A DNA stretch of 64,000 nucleotides from assembly GCA_040755005.1 (NCBI GenBank), contig JBFMBV010000001.1, positions 5,692-69,691 of the forward strand, given 5' to 3'. Origin of the DNA: Bacillota bacterium (GTDB lineage Bacteria > Bacillota > Sulfobacillia > JBFMBV01). The notes under the pieces were generated by a model, which did no database searches, was not told where the DNA came from, and saw only the letters and a program-made list of their open reading frames with translations. The position numbers and the translations under genes were made by a program. Of the stretch, positions 28,448 to 38,584 are shown piece by piece (position 1 is the first letter of the stretch; each line of letters begins with the position of its first letter).

Positions 28448-29383
28448 TTACCGCCAGCGCTGTTCGATGACTACCCCGGTGAAGTAGAAGTCGATGATCT
28501 CCTGGGCCGAACGTCCTTCCTTGGCCAGCTTCAGGGCCCCAAGCTGCGATAGCCCGACGCCGTGCCCGTAGCCCCTGCCGCGCATGGCCACCCTGCCGCT
28601 GGCTGTGGAGACGCTGTCGAGCAGGGTCGAGCGCATCCGCGTGCTGCCGATGGCCAGGCGCAACGCGGTAGCCTTAACGCTAACGTTGTTCACCCTCAGG
28701 GTCAGGGCCCTGCCCGACGGGCCCCGGCGTTCGATGGTGATCCGGGTCACGGCGCCCGGGTCCCTGCCTGTGACGGACCGGATCGCGCTCCTCACTTGAC
28801 TGGACGTGAACTGGGCTGACCACCGCGCTTCGCGCTCCGAGGGGCGGTCAGTCACGGGCGTAAGATAGGGCGTCGCCCCGCCGCTGAAGTCAAGCCCCTC
28901 GGCGGGGCTGGCGGTACGGCCGCCGGAGTAGGCATGGAACCACGCCCGTACCGGCCTGCCGTTGTAGGTGACGATCTGGCCGCGGGTTTCTGCGACGGCC
29001 TGACGGACGTTGTCGTTGATGCGCTTGGGGTTATAGGCCTGAAACTCTTTGATGTCTGTGGAGGCATCGGTTCCCCGGGACTGCCTGACCCCTCCGGCGG
29101 CGATGCGTTCCACAGTGAAGGTGCGGGCTAGGATGGCCTGCGCAGCCAGGGCTTCCCGGGGCCAGGTCGGCTCCATCTCCGCGGCTACTACTCCGTGCAG
29201 GTATTCCTCCATCTTGATGGAGACCCGCCGCCCTGTTTCAGCGATGAACAGACTGAGCGTCGGCTCCGTCCCTTGCACGTTCTGCCTGACTTCCGGCCTG
29301 CGCTGGGGCGGACAGCCCGGCAGTAGAACGAGGGCGAGCGCCATCAGCAGCATTCCGCCTCGTAAGGCTGTGTTCTTGAGCAT
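28448..29383 (-). CDS. SpoIID/LytB-domain lipoprotein
   Basis: Signal peptide MLKNTALRGGMLLMALALVLLPGC (lipobox); SpoIID signature GYGHGVGLSQ; ATG at 29383 with GGGGGGA RBS preferred over the GTG at 29416. Confidence 0.75.
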   Translation of the reverse strand: MLKNTALRGGMLLMALALVLLPGCPPQRRPEVRQNVQGTEPTLSLFIAETGRRVSIKMEEYLHGVVAAEMEPTWPREALAAQAILARTFTVERIAAGGVRQSRGTDASTDIKEFQAYNPKRINDNVRQAVAETRGQIVTYNGRPVRAWFHAYSGGRTASPAEGLDFSGGATPYLTPVTDRPSEREARWSAQFTSSQVRSAIRSVTGRDPGAVTRITIERRGPSGRALTLRVNNVSVKATALRLAIGSTRMRSTLLDSVSTASGRVAMRGRGYGHGVGLSQLGALKLAKEGRSAQEIIDFYFTGVVIEQRWR

Positions 29384-29436
29384 GAGTAATCCCCCCGATG
29401 CTGAGATTGTCTGCACCGGGGGGATGCAATATGCCT

Positions 29437-29676
29437 CTACACCACTCGGTAAAGGTTGCGTGCGTCGGCTGCGCTTGCCTGCTCGCGAACCTCGACGACC
29501 TCAACAGTGACGATGCGTTGTCCCAATTCGAGCACGAGTTTATCCCCGACCTTCACCTCAGTGCCCGCCTTGGCCGTCCGTTCGTTGACCTTGACGCGCC
29601 CCTGCTCGCAGATTTCCTTGGCCGCAGTCCGCCTACGGACGAGCCTGGCGACCTTCAAGTACTTGTCCAACCGCAT
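29437..29676 (-). CDS. S4-domain RNA-binding protein (YabO/Hsp15-like)
   Basis: MRLDKYLKVARLVRRRTAAKEICEQGRVKVN S4 motif; 79 aa. Confidence 0.8.
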   Translation of the reverse strand: MRLDKYLKVARLVRRRTAAKEICEQGRVKVNERTAKAGTEVKVGDKLVLELGQRIVTVEVVEVREQASAADARNLYRVV

Positions 29677-29683
29677 GTCAGCC

Positions 29684-29959
29684 TCAGGCCTGGACGCTGT
29701 CCTTGAGGACCTTACCCGCCTTGAACACGGGGACGCGCGAAGCGGCGATCTGGATCTCGGCGCCGGTCTGAGGGTTACGTCCCACCCGGGCCGCCCGTTC
29801 CCTGATCTCGAAGGTGCCGAACCCTACCAGCGCGACCTTGTCCCCGCGGGCCAGCGCTTCGCCGACGGTAGCCGTCAAGGCGTCGATGGCACGCTCCGCG
29901 TCCCGTTTCGTCAGGCCGCTCTTCTGGGCCACGCTGCTCACGACATCAGCCTTGTTCAC
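29684..29959 (-). CDS. hup: DNA-binding protein HU
   Basis: GTG start giving MNKADVV...[42 protein letters not shown]; GGGAGG 10 nt upstream. Confidence 0.85.
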   Translation of the reverse strand: MNKADVVSSVAQKSGLTKRDAERAIDALTATVGEALARGDKVALVGFGTFEIRERAARVGRNPQTGAEIQIAASRVPVFKAGKVLKDSVQA

Positions 29960-31418
29960 CGCATGCATGCCTCCCATTGTCGCTTCGTTCCTCGGTCTTG
30001 GCCTCTTCCCACAGGTCGTCCAGGTCGCTGAGGGACAGGCGGTCAAGCTCCAGTCCGCGCCGGCGGGCCGCCGCCTCCATCGACCTGAACCGCCTGGTGA
30101 AGCGGACCGCGGCTGCAGCCGCCGCTGTCTCCGCTTCCACACCGCACCATCTCGCCACATTGACGGCGGCGAAAATGAGGTCGCCCAGCTCACCCGCCTG
30201 CCGCTGCGTGTCCCCGGCCATGGCCTCCCGCACCTCTGCGAGCTCTTCCTCGAGCTTGGCCAGGACACCAGAGGCGTCGGGCCAGTCGAACCCGGCCCGG
30301 GCAGCCTGCTCCTGCAGGCGCTGGCTCCGTGCCAGAGCCGGCAGGCCGCCGGGTACGGCGAGCAAGGAACCGGGCTCCGGGTGCCCGCGTTCCCCGGCTT
30401 TGATGCGCTCCCAGTTCGCCACGACGGCCTGGGGGGAAGCGGCCGTCACATCCCCGAACACATGTGGATGCCGGCGGACCATCTTCCTGGCGATGGAGCG
30501 GATGACATCGGCCAAGGTGAAGTCCCCCGCCTCGGCGGCGATGAGCGCGTGCAGGCCCACCTGCAGCAGTAAGTCTCCCAACTCGTCACACAGATTATGC
30601 GCATCCCCGCTGTCGATGGCCTCGGCGACCTCCGCGGCTTCCTCCAGCACGAAAGGCCTTAGGCTGGTATGGGTCTGCTGGCGGTCCCACGGGCAGCCCC
30701 CTGCGCCTCTGAGCCGACTCAGGATGGACATCAGCGAGGCCATGCTGCCGCGGGAGGCCGCATCGGCGACAGGGGGCAGATACAGGGTCGTGAGGTGGTC
30801 GAAGGGTCCCAAGGCATGCAGCCTGCCCAGGGCACCCCAGCTGACCGTCTCACCGCCTGGCACACCCGCCGCCCGGACCACCGCCACCTCATGCTCGGGC
30901 GTATAGAGCTCGAGCAAGGTCAGCTTGACATGCCCGGCCAGCAAGTCGCTATAGATCTGGGCCAAGAGGGCAGGCCGCCCCGGATCCAGCTCCGCGACCA
31001 GGAGCGTCTGGGCGTCAAACAGGCCCAGTCCCGAGACGGGATCGATGCCGACCGCGGCCGCCACCACGTCGACGAAGCTCACGGCGGGGTGAATCACCGC
31101 ATCCGGCACTAGACGCTTCAGCTCACTGACGCTAGCCTCGGCGACGCACGGGCTGCCCGGGACAGCATACACCACGGACCCGCCCTCCGCCGCCGCTGCC
31201 ACCCGTTGGGCGATGCGGCGGTAGACCGAGGCGAAGTCCGTGGCGTCCGCGTAGATGTCGTCGCACGCGGTGAAGCGCAGGCCTTGGCTCAGCAAGTGCT
31301 CCACCGTCGGATGCCGGGCTGTGCGCAGGATCACCGGGAACCGGCCCAGCAGGGCAATGGCCTCCCCGGTTAAGTGTCCGGGCCTGCCAGGCCCGAGTCC
31401 CACTACATCTACGCCCAT
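29946..31418 (-). CDS. mazG: tetrapyrrole-methylase-like domain fused to MazG NTP pyrophosphohydrolase (YabN-like)
   Basis: N-terminal methylase-like fold (VYAVPGSP); C-terminal Maz[15 protein letters not shown]...ELGDLLLQV; two MazG repeats. Confidence 0.85.
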   Translation of the reverse strand: MGVDVVGLGPGRPGHLTGEAIALLGRFPVILRTARHPTVEHLLSQGLRFTACDDIYADATDFASVYRRIAQRVAAAAEGGSVVYAVPGSPCVAEASVSELKRLVPDAVIHPAVSFVDVVAAAVGIDPVSGLGLFDAQTLLVAELDPGRPALLAQIYSDLLAGHVKLTLLELYTPEHEVAVVRAAGVPGGETVSWGALGRLHALGPFDHLTTLYLPPVADAASRGSMASLMSILSRLRGAGGCPWDRQQTHTSLRPFVLEEAAEVAEAIDSGDAHNLCDELGDLLLQVGLHALIAAEAGDFTLADVIRSIARKMVRRHPHVFGDVTAASPQAVVANWERIKAGERGHPEPGSLLAVPGGLPALARSQRLQEQAARAGFDWPDASGVLAKLEEELAEVREAMAGDTQRQAGELGDLIFAAVNVARWCGVEAETAAAAAAVRFTRRFRSMEAAARRRGLELDRLSLSDLDDLWEEAKTEERSDNGRHACGEQG

Positions 31419-31422
31419 GCCC

Positions 31423-33027
31423 TCACCTCTTGAGCAGGCCCAGCCGACACAGGATATCGGCAGCCATAGGGCCTACCTTGGGCACTATCTCGAAATCCCG
31501 CCGGGTGACGCCGCCGAGGGCCAGGAGCACCAGGCCGTACACCGCCACGCCCGCGGATATCCCAGCCAGAGTGGCGACGGTGTTTGAGTGGGACAGCCGG
31601 AACGCCCAGTCGTAGCCCCCACGCACGAAGACGGCCATCACGGCGGTGGCGATGACGGGCTTGCCGACGGCAGCGATGACGTCCACGCTGGAGCCGGTCA
31701 GGACGTACATGGCGGCGTAGTTGAGGCTGGCGGCGATGAGGAACCCGATGACGGTGCCATAAGCCGCCCCGCGGATACCCCAGGCGGCTGTGCCCGTCAG
31801 GGACCAGGTCACTGCGACCTTGGCCAAGACCCCCACCAGTAGGTTCTTGACGGGAATGTCCGTGCGGCCGAGCCCCTGCAGGATGCCGGAGGTCGTCTGC
31901 TGGAGGGCCAGGAACATCAGCCCGGCCGACAAGGCCATCAGCGGGATGCCCGCCTGGGGCTCCCTGAAGAGCATGGCCGATATCTCCCGGGCCAACAGGT
32001 ACAGGCCGGCCACGGCTGGCAAAGTGAACAGGAAGGTGAGCCGTAGCGAAGCCTGTGCGCGGTGACGGATGAGGTTCAGGTCGTTGAGGGCTAGCGCTTC
32101 AGACACCGCCGGCACCAACGAGGCCGACAGGGCGGCGGTGACTACAGTGGGCATGGCCATCACGGGGAAAGCCATGCCCGTCAGTTGCCCGTACAAGGCA
32201 GTGGCTGTAGCCGGCTCAAATCCGAGGGCCTGCAGGCGGGAGGGCACCACTAGGCTGTCCATGAGGGTCATCAGGGGCATGACGATGGCCGCCAGGGACA
32301 CCGGCAGGCTGAGGGAGGCGATCCTGGCGATGATGAACCTGTCCGAATCTTGGGGCCGGCCTCTCGCCCGCAGCAGCTCCACCACAGTCGGCCTGGAGCG
32401 CCAGTAGATGAACCCCATGACGCCCAGTCCTACCAGGGCCCCGGTAAAGGCGCCGAAGGTGGCGCCGGCGGCGGCGAACTCGACCCCTCGGGGCAGCAAG
32501 AGGTAGGCGAGGATGAACATGGTGATGACCCGGGTGACCTGTTCCAGGACCTGGGAGACGGCGGTGGGCGTCATCTTCTGCAGGCCCTGGAAGAAGCCCC
32601 GGAACGCAGACATAGCCGTCACGATCATGATGGCTGGGGCCAGCGCCTTGATGGACAACTCCGCGCGGATGTCCTTGGTGACGTAGATGGCGTAGGGCCT
32701 GGCGACCAGGAACATGCCCACTGTGAACACGAGGCCGGTGACAAGCAGGAGGATGAAGCTGAGCTGGAAGACACGGTAAGCCCCTACACCATCGCGTTTG
32801 GCCAGCTTCTCGGCGACCAGCTTGGAGATGGCGAGCGGGATGCCTACGGTGGAGATGGCGAGGACCATGGTGTAGACCGGGTAGGCCATCTGGTAGAGGC
32901 CGATGCCCTCATCGCCTACCACCCGGCTCAGCGGAATGCGGTACACCGCGCCTAGCACGCGGCTGATCAGCCCCGCCCCAGCTAGGATCATCGCGCCGCT
33001 GAGGAAGGACTCCTTCTGTCGCGCCAC
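31423..33027 (-). CDS. MOP-superfamily flippase, SpoVB/YabM-like
   Basis: 534 aa, about 14 TM; N-terminus MARQKESFLSGAMILAGAGLISRVLGAVYRIPLSRVVGDEGIGLYQMAYP typical of SpoVB/MurJ-like proteins. Confidence 0.8.
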   Translation of the reverse strand: MARQKESFLSGAMILAGAGLISRVLGAVYRIPLSRVVGDEGIGLYQMAYPVYTMVLAISTVGIPLAISKLVAEKLAKRDGVGAYRVFQLSFILLLVTGLVFTVGMFLVARPYAIYVTKDIRAELSIKALAPAIMIVTAMSAFRGFFQGLQKMTPTAVSQVLEQVTRVITMFILAYLLLPRGVEFAAAGATFGAFTGALVGLGVMGFIYWRSRPTVVELLRARGRPQDSDRFIIARIASLSLPVSLAAIVMPLMTLMDSLVVPSRLQALGFEPATATALYGQLTGMAFPVMAMPTVVTAALSASLVPAVSEALALNDLNLIRHRAQASLRLTFLFTLPAVAGLYLLAREISAMLFREPQAGIPLMALSAGLMFLALQQTTSGILQGLGRTDIPVKNLLVGVLAKVAVTWSLTGTAAWGIRGAAYGTVIGFLIAASLNYAAMYVLTGSSVDVIAAVGKPVIATAVMAVFVRGGYDWAFRLSHSNTVATLAGISAGVAVYGLVLLALGGVTRRDFEIVPKVGPMAADILCRLGLLKR

Positions 33028-33137
33028 TCCCCAGCCCCCTCTCGCCCCTGAGTCATTATACCAGATGGCCCTGCAACAAAAAAGGCAGCGGCGCTGGGAC
33101 GTCGCTACCTTGTTGCCTAGCTGTACACAGGGTGGTG

Positions 33138-33698
33138 CTATTGCTCCATCTGCTTGGCCAAGAACCCAGCTGCTGTTTCCGCCAGTTTAAGCTCGAGTTC
33201 ACCCATGACGGCTTCGGGCTCCTTCGAGCAGATGATCACGGCGCCGATGGGATCGCCCGCGGCGATGATGGGGGCAATGACCTCCGCCGTGTACTTGCAG
33301 GTTTCCTCGTCCTCGGTCAAGCACTCCTTGCAGTAGCGATGTTCTCCAGCCCTGGTGATCAGGACGCTACGGCGGTCCTCCATGACCCGCTCCACAGCCT
33401 GGCTGACTGGTTTGTTCAGGAACTCCTTCTTGGGGGCGCCGGACACGGCGATGATGACGTCACGGTCGGCGATGAGCGCTATGTGCCCAATGGCTTCATT
33501 CAGCGAGTCCGCGTATTCCTTAGCGAACTCCCCCAACTCCCCGATGGGGGAGTACTTCTTCAGGATGACTTCGCCCTCACGGTCCACAAAGATCTCCAGT
33601 GGGTCCCCTTCGCGGATGCGCAGCGTACGACGGATCTCCTTGGGGATGACAACCCGACCGAGGTCATCGATGCGCCTGACGATGCCGGTGGCTTTCAC
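33138..33698 (-). CDS. spoVT: stage V sporulation protein T (AbrB-type N-domain plus GAF)
   Basis: GTG start giving MKATGIVRRIDDLGRVVIPKEIRRTLRIREGDPLEIF; AGGAGG RBS; 186 aa. Confidence 0.9.
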   Translation of the reverse strand: MKATGIVRRIDDLGRVVIPKEIRRTLRIREGDPLEIFVDREGEVILKKYSPIGELGEFAKEYADSLNEAIGHIALIADRDVIIAVSGAPKKEFLNKPVSQAVERVMEDRRSVLITRAGEHRYCKECLTEDEETCKYTAEVIAPIIAAGDPIGAVIICSKEPEAVMGELELKLAETAAGFLAKQMEQ

Positions 33699-33743
33699 TG
33701 GCACCCCTCCTTCTGCGGGTAGTCTGCCCAAGAGCTTCCGCAG

Positions 33744-33773
33744 ATAGTATATAGGCACCTTGACACTTTTATT
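33744..33773 (-). promoter_or_regulatory. forespore sigma (sigma-G/F)-type promoter for spoVT
   Basis: Minus strand GAATAA, 18-nt spacer, ATACTA, about 40 nt upstream of the spoVT GTG. Confidence 0.4.
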
Positions 33774-36700
33774 CTGAGCTGGCACTTCCCTGGCAGATGT
33801 GCCCCAACGTTACCAGCATGTCCTCAACCAGCCTCAACACACCGGCGCCAGCGGCGATGCCCTCCGTCCGCAGTGTGACCAGGGCAGGCCTGGAAGGCGA
33901 GAACAGAAGGCGCCCTCGCCTCAACTGCGCCAGCTTCACCAGGTGCGCCGGGTCGGGTTTGCGGGCTGGCAGGAACCTCAGCAGGACTTGGTCTTTCTGG
34001 CCGCTGACGGCGATGATCCCCAGGCTGCGGCACAGGCAACGGAGCCTGGCCACGGTGAGCAGGTTGGCCACGGCCGGCGGCACCGGTCCATATCGGTCGA
34101 GGAGTTCAGCCTGGACATCCGCGAGGCCTTCGAGGGACCGGGCCCCGACGATCCGCTTGTAGACCTCGATCTTAAGCCTCGGGTCACTGACGTATTCCTC
34201 AGGCAAGAAGGCGTCGGCCTTCAACTCGATGGTTGCTTCCGGGAGCTTGGGCGGGGCCTCGTCCTTCAGCTCGTTGATGGCTTCCTCGAGCAGCTGGCAG
34301 TACAGGTCGAAGCCTACAGCCAGGATGTGGCCATGCTGTTCCGGACCGAGGATGTTGCCCGCCCCCCGGATCTCGAGGTCCCGCAAGGCTATCTTGAAGC
34401 CGCTGCCTAGCTCGGTGAACTCCTTGATGGCCATCAACCGCTTCTCGGCGGTCTCGCTCACCAGTTTGTCACGCCTGTAGGTGAGGTAGCAGTACGCCAA
34501 GCGGTTCGAGCGGCCGACCCGGCCGCGCAACTGATAGAGCTGGGCCAGCCCCAGGTGGTCGGCGTCCTCGATGATGATGGTGTTGACATTGGCCATGTCC
34601 AGGCCGCTCTCGATGATGGTGGTGCACAGGAGGACTTCGTACTGGCCCTCCAGGAAGTCCAGCATGACGCGCTCCAGGTCGTCTTCCTTCATCTGGCCGT
34701 GTCCCACCGCGATCCTGGTCTCCGGCAGGAGCTTCTCCAAGCGCCGGTGGACCCGGTCGATGGTCTGGACCCGGTTGTGCACGTAGTAGGCCTGCCCCCC
34801 GCGGTTGACCTCCCGCTGGATGGCGTCCCTGACCAGGTCATCCGAGTACTCCACCACGTAGGTCTGGACCGGGAAGCGGTCCTCGGGGGGCGTCTCGATC
34901 ACGCTCATGTCCCGCATGCCGACCATAGCCATGTGCAGCGTGCGCGGAATGGGGGTGGCCGTAAGGGTCAGGCAGTCCACGGTCTCCCGCAAGCGCTTGA
35001 GCCGCTCCTTGTGGGCCACGCCAAAACGGTGTTCCTCGTCGACGACGAGCAGCCCCAGTTCCCTGAAGACCACGTCGTCCTGGATGGCGCGGTGGGTGCC
35101 GATGACGATGTCCACATCGCCCGTCTTGAGCTTGCCTAGGGTGGCCTTCTGTTCCTTGGCTGAGCGGAACCGACTGAGCAGGTCGATGCGCACGGGGTAC
35201 CCTGCGAACCGCTCGCGGAAGGTGTTGTAGTGCTGCTGCGCGAGAATGGTGGTGGGCACCAGCACCGCAACCTGTTTCCCGTCCAGGACCGCCTTGAAGG
35301 CAGCCCTGATGGCGACCTCAGTCTTGCCATACCCCACATCTCCGCAGAGCAGCCTGTCCATGGGCCTGGGTTGTTCCATGTCCCGCTTGATGTCAGCTGA
35401 GGAGTGCAGCTGGTCCGGGGTCTCCTCGTACTTGAAGGCGTCCTCGAACTCGGCCTGCCAGACCGTGTCCTGCCCGTAGGCATAGCCGGGCATGGCCTGG
35501 CGCTTGGCGTATAGGGAGAGCAGTTCCTTGGCCATGTCCTGTACGGCGGCCTTGACCCGGTTCTTAACCCTGGACCATTCGGTGCCGCCGAGCTTGTTGA
35601 CGGACGGCTCAGCGCCCTCGGCGCCCACGTACTTCTGGACCAGTCCGATCTGGTCGCTGGGTACGTACAGCCGGTCCTCCCCGGCGTACCTGATGAATAG
35701 GTAGTCTCGCTGGGCCCCGTCGATGGTGATGGTGCGCATGCCCTGATAGACTCCGATGCCGTGCTGGGCATGGACCACGAAGTCGCCGAGTTTCAGTTCA
35801 TGGTAGTCGGTCAAACGGGCCCCTTCGCGCGGGGCCCTAAGCAGCCGCCTGCGCTTGACCCGCCCAAGCACCTCGCCATCGGTGACCACGATCAGGTCAA
35901 GGAAGGGCAGCTCAAAGCCAGCCTCGAGATTGCCTGTGGCCTGGGCGATTGAACCCGCCGAGGCCAGGGCGGCGAGGGGCTGAATGGCAAGTTCGGCGCT
36001 ATGCAGGCTCTCCTTCAGACGCAGGGCGCGTTCGGTGGTCGCGGCCACCAGCAGGGTTCGCTTACCGGAGCGGCGCCAGCGGCCCAGCTCAGTCAAGAAC
36101 GCAGCTTCCTGCCCGTGGAAGCTGGCCACTGGCCTGCCCTCGAAAGCATGGAGGCAGTCGGGCTCCCGGTCAGGGAGCCGCCTGAGCATCAGGGAGAAAG
36201 TCACAAACTGGCGCCGGCGCAGGTTGCTCAAGGCTCCGGCGAAGTCCTGGTAGAGGTGTCCGTGGGTGGGGAGCACCTGGCCTTGCTCGACCAAGGCCGA
36301 GTACACGTCAGTGACCTGCCGCTCGACCTCGCCGGCGGTCTCACGCAGGCGCGCCGGCTCATCGATGAAGATCAGCTCTGCGGGGGACAGGTACCCGTCT
36401 ACCGAATCCAGCCCGGCGTGGAAGAAGGGCAGATAGAGCTCGTGCCCCTCCAAGGACCGGGCTGTCTCAATGTGCGCCAGGGCCTCTTCGACCCGGCTGC
36501 GTAGCTTGTCGCCGATGGTCTTCCGGCCTGCCCGCTCCAACCGTTTCAGGACAGCGCCCAGCTCTGACCTGACCCGCCCGAGGCCCGGCAGCAGACCCTC
36601 GTACGGCACTATGGCTTCGGTGGCTGGGATGATGTTCCGTTCCGTCAGGGTATCCCGGGAACGCTGCGTGGCCATATCGAACTCGCGGATGGACACGACC

Positions 36701-37299
36701 TCGTCACCGAACAACTCGAGGCGCCAGGGGGCCTGGCCGGCCAGGGGAAAGACGTCGAGGATGCCTCCCCTGACGCTGAACTGGCCGCGGGTCTCGATCA
36801 GCCCCACCCGCTCGTAGCCCAGCTCCACGAGGGTCTGGACGACTCGCTCCAAATTGAGCCTGTCGCCGGTACGAACGGTGAAGGACCTGGAGGTAAGCTC
36901 GCCAAAGGGGACGACCCGGCGCAACAGCGCGGCCAAGGGGGCGACGATGAGCGGGCGCTCTCCCTTCAGCAAGGACTCGACAGCCGCCAGGCGCTGGCCC
37001 AGGACCTCGGGGCTGTGGGCGATGATCTCGAAGGGGAGCACTTCGAGGGCGGGAAACACGAACACAGGCTCTCCCGGCAGGAAAGTCTCCAGGTCGAGGG
37101 CCAGGCGCTCGGCCTGCCCCAACGATGCCGTGACGATCAGGCCGCCCCGGCCGGTGCGCCTGCGCATCGCTGCCAGCAGGCAGGCTTTCTGCGATGCGGC
37201 GAGCCCGTTGACAGCCGTCTCGGCCACTCCCCGGGCGATGTCGGCTAGTAGGGACTCAAACTGGGGTTGGCCGTCCCAGAGCCTAAGCAGGGGATCCAT
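33769..37299 (-). CDS. mfd: transcription-repair coupling factor
   Basis: About 1180 aa; CarD-like domain, DEAD/DEAH helicase LLCGDVGYGKTEVA and VVDEEHRFG, TRG motif; start chosen at MDPLLRLWDG by alignment to known N-termini. Confidence 0.9.
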   Translation of the reverse strand: MDPLLRLWDGQPQFESLLADIARGVAETAVNGLAASQKACLLAAMRRRTGRGGLIVTASLGQAERLALDLETFLPGEPVFVFPALEVLPFEIIAHSPEVLGQRLAAVESLLKGERPLIVAPLAALLRRVVPFGELTSRSFTVRTGDRLNLERVVQTLVELGYERVGLIETRGQFSVRGGILDVFPLAGQAPWRLELFGDEVVSIREFDMATQRSRDTLTERNIIPATEAIVPYEGLLPGLGRVRSELGAVLKRLERAGRKTIGDKLRSRVEEALAHIETARSLEGHELYLPFFHAGLDSVDGYLSPAELIFIDEPARLRETAGEVERQVTDVYSALVEQGQVLPTHGHLYQDFAGALSNLRRRQFVTFSLMLRRLPDREPDCLHAFEGRPVASFHGQEAAFLTELGRWRRSGKRTLLVAATTERALRLKESLHSAELAIQPLAALASAGSIAQATGNLEAGFELPFLDLIVVTDGEVLGRVKRRRLLRAPREGARLTDYHELKLGDFVVHAQHGIGVYQGMRTITIDGAQRDYLFIRYAGEDRLYVPSDQIGLVQKYVGAEGAEPSVNKLGGTEWSRVKNRVKAAVQDMAKELLSLYAKRQAMPGYAYGQDTVWQAEFEDAFKYEETPDQLHSSADIKRDMEQPRPMDRLLCGDVGYGKTEVAIRAAFKAVLDGKQVAVLVPTTILAQQHYNTFRERFAGYPVRIDLLSRFRSAKEQKATLGKLKTGDVDIVIGTHRAIQDDVVFRELGLLVVDEEHRFGVAHKERLKRLRETVDCLTLTATPIPRTLHMAMVGMRDMSVIETPPEDRFPVQTYVVEYSDDLVRDAIQREVNRGGQAYYVHNRVQTIDRVHRRLEKLLPETRIAVGHGQMKEDDLERVMLDFLEGQYEVLLCTTIIESGLDMANVNTIIIEDADHLGLAQLYQLRGRVGRSNRLAYCYLTYRRDKLVSETAEKRLMAIKEFTELGSGFKIALRDLEIRGAGNILGPEQHGHILAVGFDLYCQLLEEAINELKDEAPPKLPEATIELKADAFLPEEYVSDPRLKIEVYKRIVGARSLEGLADVQAELLDRYGPVPPAVANLLTVARLRCLCRSLGIIAVSGQKDQVLLRFLPARKPDPAHLVKLAQLRRGRLLFSPSRPALVTLRTEGIAAGAGVLRLVEDMLVTLGHICQGSASSE

Positions 37300-37885
37300 C
37301 GGCGTCACCTTCCCCGCAAGCGGGGTCGTGGGCATGATAGCGTTCCATGGCTACAGCGAGCCCCTGGGCCAGCATGGTCTTGAGGGCGTCCACCGCCCTG
37401 GCCGTCTGCAGGCCGTACAAGGCCAAGTTCGCTTCAGCGAGCGGCTGGAGCACAAAATCAGCGGGATCCACCCCCAGGGGTGGCCGCCCGATGCCGAGCT
37501 TAAGCCGGATGAAGTCGGCCGTGCCCAGTTCGGTCACCAGCGAGGCAACGCCCCTGTGACCCCCGCTGCCTCCGCCGCGCTTGAATCTGAGCCTGCCCGC
37601 AGGCAAGTCCAGGTCATCGTGGACGACTGTCAACTCGTCCGGGGTCAGCCGATGCTGGACCAGGAGCCTGTGGACGGCCTGACCGCTGAGGTTCATGAAG
37701 GTCAGGGGCTTGGCCAGCACCACTGGGGTCTCGCCCAGCCTGCCGGCGGCCACCAGGCTCTGGCCCTGTCTGGTGAACTTGACGGCCAAGTCAGCAGCCA
37801 GCCGGTTGACGACCAGGAACCCGAGGTTATGACGCGTGCCCGCGTAGCGCTCCCCCGGGTTCCCGAGACCGATAATCAGCCACAT
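37283..37885 (-). CDS. pth: peptidyl-tRNA hydrolase
   Basis: MWLIIGLGNPGERYAGTRHNLGF. Confidence 0.9.
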   Translation of the reverse strand: MWLIIGLGNPGERYAGTRHNLGFLVVNRLAADLAVKFTRQGQSLVAAGRLGETPVVLAKPLTFMNLSGQAVHRLLVQHRLTPDELTVVHDDLDLPAGRLRFKRGGGSGGHRGVASLVTELGTADFIRLKLGIGRPPLGVDPADFVLQPLAEANLALYGLQTARAVDALKTMLAQGLAVAMERYHAHDPACGEGDADGSPA

Positions 37886-37891
37886 GCCTGC

Positions 37892-38518
37892 TTACGCTTC
37901 CGTGTCGCCTACTGCTTCCTGTCCGGCCTCGGCTGCCTTCTCCTCGGCGGCTGGCTCGTCGGCGGCCCGCGGGGCGACCACGCTTACGATCGTCTCCCCG
38001 GCCTCGCTGAGGATCTTCACCCCGGCAGGCGCTGTGAGTGCGCCCACCGTCAGGTGAGACCCCGGCCCGAGCTTCGACACGTCCAGGATAAGGTGCTCGG
38101 GGATGTCGCCAGGCAGGCACTCCACTTCGACGTCGTGCAACTGCTGCTGCAGGATGCCGCCGGCCTTGACCACAGCCTCGTCGCCGACGACGACCACCGG
38201 CACCCTGGTCGTCAGCTTCTCCTGCATGGACACATGGTACAGGTCAAGGTGCAGGATCCGCCCGGTGAGGCTGTCCCGCTGCAGCTCCTTGACGATGGCA
38301 GGTTCCTGCCCCTTGCCGCCTGGCAACTGAACCTGGAAGATGACGTTACTGCCCCCGGTCTGGAGGGCCCTGGTCACATCCCGGCGCGGCACAGCCAGCG
38401 GGCGCGCCTCCTCAGCCTGGCCATAGAACACCGCCGGGATGAGCTCCTCCCGGCGAAGTTTACGCGCGGCCCCTTTGCCGGTACCGCGCTCTGAAGCGGC
38501 GATGGTCACTTGTTGCAT
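37892..38518 (-). CDS. rplY: ribosomal protein L25 / general stress protein Ctc
   Basis: GKGAARKLRREELIPAVFYG L25 N-terminal motif with Ctc-type acidic C-terminal extension. Confidence 0.85.
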   Translation of the reverse strand: MQQVTIAASERGTGKGAARKLRREELIPAVFYGQAEEARPLAVPRRDVTRALQTGGSNVIFQVQLPGGKGQEPAIVKELQRDSLTGRILHLDLYHVSMQEKLTTRVPVVVVGDEAVVKAGGILQQQLHDVEVECLPGDIPEHLILDVSKLGPGSHLTVGALTAPAGVKILSEAGETIVSVVAPRAADEPAAEEKAAEAGQEAVGDTEA

Positions 38519-38584
38519 CCCGTCTCGTCCCCCTCCACATACCTGCCTACGATACTAGCCCGGCTGGTCCTGAAAGTCAAATCT

